Shown: positions 57,901-64,000 of the stretch, one piece after another | Layout: each line of letters begins with the position of its first letter | Numbering within the stretch: the stretch's first letter is position 1 | Source of the DNA: Bugula neritina | Lineage: Eukaryota > Animalia > Bryozoa | Reading direction: 5' to 3' | NCBI GenBank assembly: GCA_964035545.1 | Contig: OZ037766.1 | Span: forward strand, 27,883,673-27,947,672 | Length of the DNA stretch: 64,000 nt | Made by a program: the position numbers and the translations under genes | Notes under the pieces: model-generated | Told to the model about the DNA's origin: nothing | Database searches by the model: none | What the model saw: the letters and a program-made list of their open reading frames with translations, nothing else

Positions 57901-58047
57901 ATTGATTACGATAAGGAAAGAGAAGGCGAAGATGATTTGTTGGATCTGTACAATAAGAAACAACAGAGTGATGAGATGGGATATGTATTCACAAAACTTC
58001 AGGATCAAGGTGGAGTCAATCAAAGGAAAGGACAATGTTGGAGCTGA
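54931..58047 (+). CDS. Gag-protease-integrase polyprotein (1038 aa) of the Gmr1-type element
   Basis: N-terminal coiled coil; SCAN-like capsid (DYKKVKEALLERF...EQFISSCP); two zinc knuckles (CFICKDKSHIARNC, CSHCKMNNHNTSDC); aspartic protease RDTG; integrase HHCC (AH...GHLG...CDIC) and DDE core (IDLIGP, SDQG, GLVEKFNGTLK). No YxDD RT motif. Confidence 0.93.
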   Translation: MALLERVTQMGKDLGLVEDKLIAFVEKNLPIVAAQEEKEKDREERRLEREAEKIRQENEKALMEIKIKADQEAMAFKVKADQEAMALKVKADQEAEERRQRHELDMEKLKADTSLEHSRHESTRLEIANKPKPKIPFFDEKVDEMDSYLERFEWVAEGCNWDKGDWPYHLSQYLRGTATEAYIRLSPTDRRDYKKVKEALLERFNLTQEGYRKKLREAEAYEDETPAQLFTRIETYVHKWVELSGGMDIAKLVATEQFISSCPDDLAVHLKQSSYNSSEDMCDAASLFLHARGRKLAKTKKTNIKRMENTPTGSMNAEQGSKSDGACFICKDKSHIARNCPRRGKKYCSHCKMNNHNTSDCRKYGGRSVHAAAAIATTPNKTVVTDPGISSKVEEPTEITVNGKKFVNAAVCKNGPKFKDGGTAIFDAEVNGQRATVMRDTGCGCIVVNAKYVQPQHLTGESVYLNMADASVREAQWALISVRSPFYNGVVKAAVMDKTICDLLIGNVDGARSADQPLENWKDCAVTTRAQAVKEKSGDKPLMIDSNANPLSIGKDEIARLQRDDPTLERFFDAKEVKEKKGCTTRFVVRNKILYREYTDSKSVSVKPVKQLMVPSSLRKEVLQKAHDCIMSGHLGVKKTTDRVLSNFFWPGLNGDVVRFCQSCDICQKTVKKGSVMKVPVQETPLIDTPFKRCAIDLIGPINPPSEKGHRYILTLVDYATRYPEATPLKNIDSATVAEALLDIYSRVGIPEEVISDQGTQFISDYMKEFTRLLDMRQLPTSPYHAMANGLVEKFNGTLKSMLKKLCAKEPRQWHRFINAALFAYREVPQESTGFAPFELLYGRTVRGPMYILRQLWTKEDTADEVKTCYQHVFELRERLDDMMEMALASLKDSQKRYKHYFDKKAKQRDFKSGDKVLILLPTDGNKLLMHWQGPFNIEEKVRLNDYIINIRGKRRTYHANMLKKYFERETPTDSMTGAVRTLDAAGAGIIDYDKEREGEDDLLDLYNKKQQSDEMGYVFTKLQDQGGVNQRKGQCWS

Positions 58048-58078
58048 TTATCTAAGCCGAATTGACTCAGAATTTTAA
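57955..58078 (+). pseudogene. Out-of-frame C-terminal remnant of RNase H
   Basis: NNRVMRWDMYSQNFRIKVESIKGKDNVGADYLSR matches the end of Gypsy RNase H (RW..LQ...I....G..N..AD.LSR). Confidence 0.85.
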
Positions 58079-58633
58079 GTAGTTAGGAGAAATGATCAAG
58101 ATAATTTCTCTTAGAATGGGGGGTTGTCACAAATTCTGAGTGTACATATATCTATAGACCTACCAGGTTTTTCCTAATGATTATACAGGAATGTTCATAA
58201 ATATTCTAGATTGATCAAAGAGATGGGTCATTGTTCATTGTTATTTTCATTAGTCATGTTAACTACTGTCCAGCAATGTAAACAAGGTATTGCGCAATAA
58301 TTGCGAAATAACCATGGAAATTCCAATGTTTTGTTTTGTTTTTCTATAAATAGTATTGGCATGTGGGGAATGTTTTCTACTAGAATCTTCTGTACTGGAA
58401 TGCTTGAGAATATTCTAGAGCTTTTTGTTTACTATAAATACTGAGGCAGTTGTGTTTACAGTTCAGTTCATTCTCGGAGTTCATTTTTATAAATTCATCT
58501 GTGCATATCTTACTGAAGAAATAAAGTCTACTCTATTTACTCTCAACTGGATTAGCAAGCTGTATGCTACTTGTCTCTATACTTCTGACTACCAGACTTT
58601 TCGAACTCGTCACACTGCTACCTACAGTTTTGT

Positions 58634-58679
<46 letters not shown>

Positions 58680-59437
58680 TATATACATATATATATCTAT
58701 TAACAAGATTTCCTCAAAATCTTATTAGAATAACAATAATCATGCAGCAAAGTTAAAAAAATTTATATTTTAGAAAGTAAATTTGTTAGTAACCAATTTT
58801 TTCAGTTTATAATGAATTTTTACTACTGATCGAGACATTTATAATCTTGATAATTTCAATATGCACTACGGTTAGACGGAAATTTATTTGTTGCTATTAT
58901 TAAGGAGTCTTTGCAGCACCTTTTCCATAACAGTCATAATTAACTAATATATGGCACAGGACAATTCAACTAATAGAACTATATAAAGCTTTTCACACTA
59001 TAAGGGAGTTGTCTTCAAAATAAGTTTTATGGCAACTGTATTGTTTATATTATTTCATTTTCATTACTATTATTGCGGTTTATAAAAATAAGGGAGTCAA
59101 TTGTTTTGTTTGCTTTATTTGTGAAAAATATTTAGGCTGCTAAATTCAAATTTTAGGTTAGTTAAGTTTGCTCATATTTCATGCCATAAAATAGTTTAAA
59201 GTTTACTTTTTATATTATAAATATCTAGCAATTGTTGTTAATGTAAAATTCATAAAAACCCGTTACAATTGTTTTCAAGTAAAATGTTTAAATTAGATTA
59301 TGTAGCAACATTGTACCACTATCAATGTGCAGATGTTAGGCATTAATTAGAGCAATTAAATAAAACTTAGTCAAATAAATAAAGGAAAGTCTGATCTTTA
59401 TTACACAGGAAGTTCGATTCGTATGGTTTCTTTCTCA

Positions 59438-62400
59438 TTAAAACAGGTTATCGAGGATGCGTTCAAACTTGTCAATATCTACAAGCATTCAGTGTATAAT
59501 AACATACAATTTAACTGCCTGCAATAATTATAGAATGTGTCATAATAGCAGTTCAGAGAAAAATTTATTTAAGTAAAATTTATTGTAATACATAACGTTA
59601 GAAAATGTTTAATTAGTAATTTTGTGACATATTTTTACTTTTTTAAAAATTTGATGTAAAATTCAAATTAATTTTCATGTTTCTTTTTATTATAAAGGTT
59701 TGATTGTTTCAAATTTTTTGTCTGTAATGATGATGATGAAGTTGAGATATTAAATTAATAAAATATGTTAAGTACATTCATAAATTAATAAGAGTGTTGA
59801 TAATTTTACTAAAATTGTAGATTTGCTGCATATAAAAAAGAGAATTGATTGCCGATATTCATTCCTTATTGTGGTGTGCGCTATATTCACCTGTGCAAAA
59901 GATAGTCACTCAACTATAGCGATAGGAACAAAAGGTGATTTTTTCCTTTGCATCATAACAAATTTTTGTAAATCATTAATTTCCCTTTGTTTTAAGCTAC
60001 TGGGAAAAGTTTAACTATAATCTATAGCATCAAATTTACCAACGGAACACTAATTGAATTATACTCATAAACTTTGAAAGATGCAAATAATAATTTTAGT
60101 TGTGAAATCATACCCAATTGTCATGGTATGATTTTAGAATTACAAAATAAACTGCAAAATTTGTCTAAGACTTGATTATACTATAACATACATACGTTTA
60201 TCGAATAAGAGTACATATAGTAATAAAATGACATAGAAATAGAAACATTCTGAACACATGCAATTACTAAATCGAAACTGTGGAAACATCTAATATAAAT
60301 GCGAGTCTGTCCAATTCAAATAACATGCAGACATAACATTTTATAGAACCTTTATGACTTAAAACATCCTGCTTTTTAATGCAATATTTTTTTTAACAAT
60401 AAACAATTCAGATTTTAAACATTAGTAAAATAGCAAGCTGAAAGTTTTAGCAAATAAAAATCCCACATTTGCAGATATAATAAAGGAATAGTATTATGTT
60501 TTTGCAAGTAATATACTAGGCAATGACTGCTGTTTATGTGGATGAGTTTCTAAAAGAGCATAAAGTGTCAAAAAATACAAAACAACTTATAAACCTTTGA
60601 ATTAACTCACCAACGCATGCATCAAGGTACGGAAACCAAAAGTAACCGCGGCAACAGCTTTTAAGTTCTTCCGGACAAAGTTGAGGCTTTGAAAAGTAAG
60701 TGATATCAGTTCGGTAGCAATCAGAGGGCCTAAAAATGTAAAACGTTTTAAATAAAAATTTAGCTAAATATTGTTGTTGATTAATAAAAAGTTTATATTC
60801 TGGATGATAATGCATGTTTAGTGGTTTGAAAGTTTCAAGGGACAAATCATTCAATTGTCAGTTTGGCTCAACATTTTTTGGTTTAATGTGATTACTATGA
60901 TTTGTTTTTAAAAATTAGGTAAATGATGTAATTCAAAATTAATTTCATTCTAATAGACAAAACTGAAATTAACGTGCATATACTGTGAAATAAATTGTAT
61001 GCAGAAGCAAAGTGTCGTTCTTCACGTCTGAATCAAAACAGATAACATTTTTTGTGGATTGAGCATGTAAAAACTTTTAAATGACACAGGATGTTGCAAA
61101 ACTACAGGTAAAGATGTTACTAGTCACATTAGATTTTAATAACGTACTTTGATACAGTTCGAAATCTGGTGCATCGACTCCATCTAAAAAGTCCACAACC
61201 TGTATGATATTTCTCTGAGCGGTAAGTTGTGCAGCTGTACATTACTGTACTTGTTTTCTCCTCAATAAGTGGAGGGAGAATAACTTTACAGCAAGACTTT
61301 TCTTTGTCAATACCTTTATAAAATATCGGAGGTTTCCCTAAGCCAACCTCCCCTTCCTTATCTGTCTCCTCCTCCCACCCAAATGGTTTTTTAAGGCTTG
61401 AAGAAAACCTAAAGTCAATAGAATTATAATATATATTTTATATATATTGGTCATTTTACTTGATTTATTAGTACACACTAGAAATCGCCAGTTTTTACCT
61501 ATGTTTTACAATTTAGCTGCTAATGAACATGTGTTTTTGCCCAAAACCAGTAGAATATGAATCAACACAGCCAAATAATCAAAGTTCTTCTTAACTTTGC
61601 TTGGTTTCCCATGTTTTTTTCTTTATTATTCAGCTACTTTTGATTGCGGAGTGTTATGATTGTTTCAGATATATATTATATGATACATGCAACAACATTG
61701 CAAGCAAATAATTATTATTATTACTAACCACAGAAATTCTTTTTAGTATAAATAAAAAAATAATATGACAACATTATCAAGCACTTAATTTTTACAGGTC
61801 AACAAATGTTTTTAGTAGTAAATAATTAAACTTGCACTGAATTTGTATACTATTGTTTCTAACAGTATACACATTATCTTTATATTCAAAAATGCAAGTT
61901 GGTAAGTTTCATCTCTAACAGTTGTTTTCAAAAACTTTACTTACTTTATATGGCCAAGTGGTCTTGCTTGGGGTTGTGTTGAATTTCTGGATAGTTGCTC
62001 GACTCGACTTTCATATTTTGCCTATAACAATAATAAATGAAAACAGAAGTGAAAATGAACAGATTAATCGTGGCTTTTTTATAGTTTCAACTTTTTAAGC
62101 CCAATATAACTAATATTGTCACTTTTTGAACTTATATTATATAAAAAAAATTAATATCCGTAGCATCTGCAAATGATCAGGTTTTTGAGTTGCCAAGGTT
62201 TAATTTTTCAAAATTTCAACATAATATATAAAGTCTTATCGTGCTATTAGAACAGTGTCAATAAGTTAGGTTTTACATTTTTGCATGCTACTTGTTTCAT
62301 ACGTATTTGAATCCATTAGTATATATAATGCATAATGAGTTTTTTGAAGTTAATATAAACTATAGCTAATACCCTAGCCAAGTTATTAGATTATGCCTAA

Positions 62401-63145
62401 TTGTTTCATAGTATTATATAATTTAATAAGAATACTTAAATAGAGTACTTATAAAGAAAGAAATTAATACAGTTTACAAGACAATAATTTTCATTCGATA
62501 AGCTTTGAATTTATTTTAACCAACCTAAAGAAAATGGTACTAATTCTCATGCAATGATTGAAACACTCCATTAAAAAGAATGTGTATGTTCCTTAGAGGT
62601 TTTTTGCACAAAAATGCTTTTCACAGTCTCATTAACATGATGAAGGCACCCAACAAGTACATGAGTAAGCTTAAATTAAAACTCATTCTGGCTGATCTAA
62701 ATTTGCAGTTTTCTTCAACATTTACGGTAGGTACTCATATTCATATTAAGCTCTATCAAATTGCCCATTAAGTGTATGTACCAAATATAACAATTATAGA
62801 AAACTTTCACATTTTTGATCAAACATCATAGGTCTTAATTTCTAAAAAGACAGCTACATGCATTTAAAATTTTCTAGTTTATTATGTATAGCTTGTTTAT
62901 ATATATATTTTTGGTAACCAACAAAAAATTCAACAATTTTCCTTCTAATTCAAAAATAGAGCTTCAAATCCTCATACCATGCCTTCAGGTGATGGGTCAG
63001 TAGCAAAAAAGTTGTCAATTTTCTTTAGCATAGCCTCTCCTCTCTCGTTATAGCTTTGAATTTCTTTATCAACAACATAATTTTCATTGGCCATAGAATG
63101 TGCCAGTATAAATGAGGCAAGCAAAAATAAGCTTAGTTTAGTCAT
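59438..63145 (-). CDS. g7: secreted family member with the most canonical EMI-like domain, ~221 aa
   Basis: Exons 63145-62978, 62021-61945, 61408-61148, 60729-60611, 59478-59438; phases 0,2,2,1; open 666-nt frame; AATAAA ~40 nt after the TAA. MTKLSLFLLASFILAHSMA signal; KSCCKV...YSCTTYRSEKYHTGCGLFRWSRCTRFRTVSKPSDCYRTDITYFSKPQLCPEELKSCCRGYFWFPYLDACV/DIDKFERILDNLF*. The last exon and a possible extra pro-region exon are less certain. Confidence 0.8.
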
Positions 63146-63608
63146 ATTTAAGCAGCATGTACAAAGTTACACTTGAATTATAGCCCAAGCACAAATGCAA
63201 ACTTGTATATAGGTTCCTGAATTATATACTCTTTATTTTGAGACAAGGAAGTTATGTGATAGTTATATATATATATGTAAATAAAAGAAAGATGCTTACA
63301 AAGTATGCAACAACATATAAACAACTATTCTTACATCATAATCTGAACAAATGGTATTTTATAAGACTTTCTAAAGCAGCTGATATTTAAACTGATGTCA
63401 GGTGTATAAAACCTTGTTTGCAATAAAAAGGGGGGGGGGGGTAAACTTTGAAAGAGCTGCTGTGCACAGTTTGAGGTATAATAATGCTTTAAAATTACAC
63501 CTGGCAAAAATGATGGTGTTTAAATTTTTTTTTATAACAAACTCATTCAGTGAACAAATGCTAAATACAGCATTGATGCTATACTGCATTCTAGCAACAA
63601 CAAAAAGA

Positions 63609-64000
<392 letters not shown>

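Larger units (their letters stand above)
54322..58637 (+). mobile_element. Ty3/Gypsy Gmr1-type LTR retrotransposon, internally deleted (RT absent)
   Basis: LTRs 54322-54834 and 58125-58637 (513 bp each, TGTCACAAA...TTTGTGACA, no differences seen by eye). PBS 54837-54853; PPT AGAATGGGGGG 58113-58123. Inserted in a (TA)n tract. Confidence 0.95.

Noticed and set aside
54622-58703. Duplicate ORFs MFTINTEAVV... and antisense ORFs within the retroelement
   Set aside because: LTR-derived or antisense shadows of gag-pol.
59906-60016. Alternative last exon for g7
   Set aside because: The required phase 1 gives an immediate stop or only VKLFPVA*. The exon at 59478-59438 fits the phase, resembles paralog tails and has an AATAAA.
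62578-62696. Possible extra g7 exon LTHVLVGCLHHVNET, resembling the pro-region Cys motif
   Set aside because: In-frame TAA after the better acceptor and no good donor; unresolved without RNA-seq.

Overview
AT-rich, intron-containing animal (probably invertebrate) genomic DNA; the species cannot be determined from this window. The main content is largely invisible in the ORF track: a tandem cluster of seven multi-exon paralogs (g1-g7) plus one decayed exon, reconstructed by hand from GT-AG splice sites and reading phase. They encode secreted proteins of about 180-220 aa: signal peptide, pro-region, in g1-g5 a KR/RxKR convertase site, then a Cys-rich domain (CC...C-x7-C...CP-x5-CCxG[YF]...C, EMI-like) and a short C-terminal helix. 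All seven share an invariant 119-nt exon. g3 has one in-frame TAG. g1 and g2 are nearly identical except for a hypervariable patch. Also present: a young Gmr1-type Gypsy element with apparently identical 513-bp LTRs and intact gag-protease-integrase but deleted RT; a minimal type I hammerhead ribozyme between (TA)n tracts; two long spacerless palindromes; two complete TIR MITEs; a tRNA-derived SINE; a 3.5-kb 10-bp minisatellite; and a ~350-bp repeat family in direct and inverted arrays around g5 and g6. All gene models are manual and untested by transcript data or database search.
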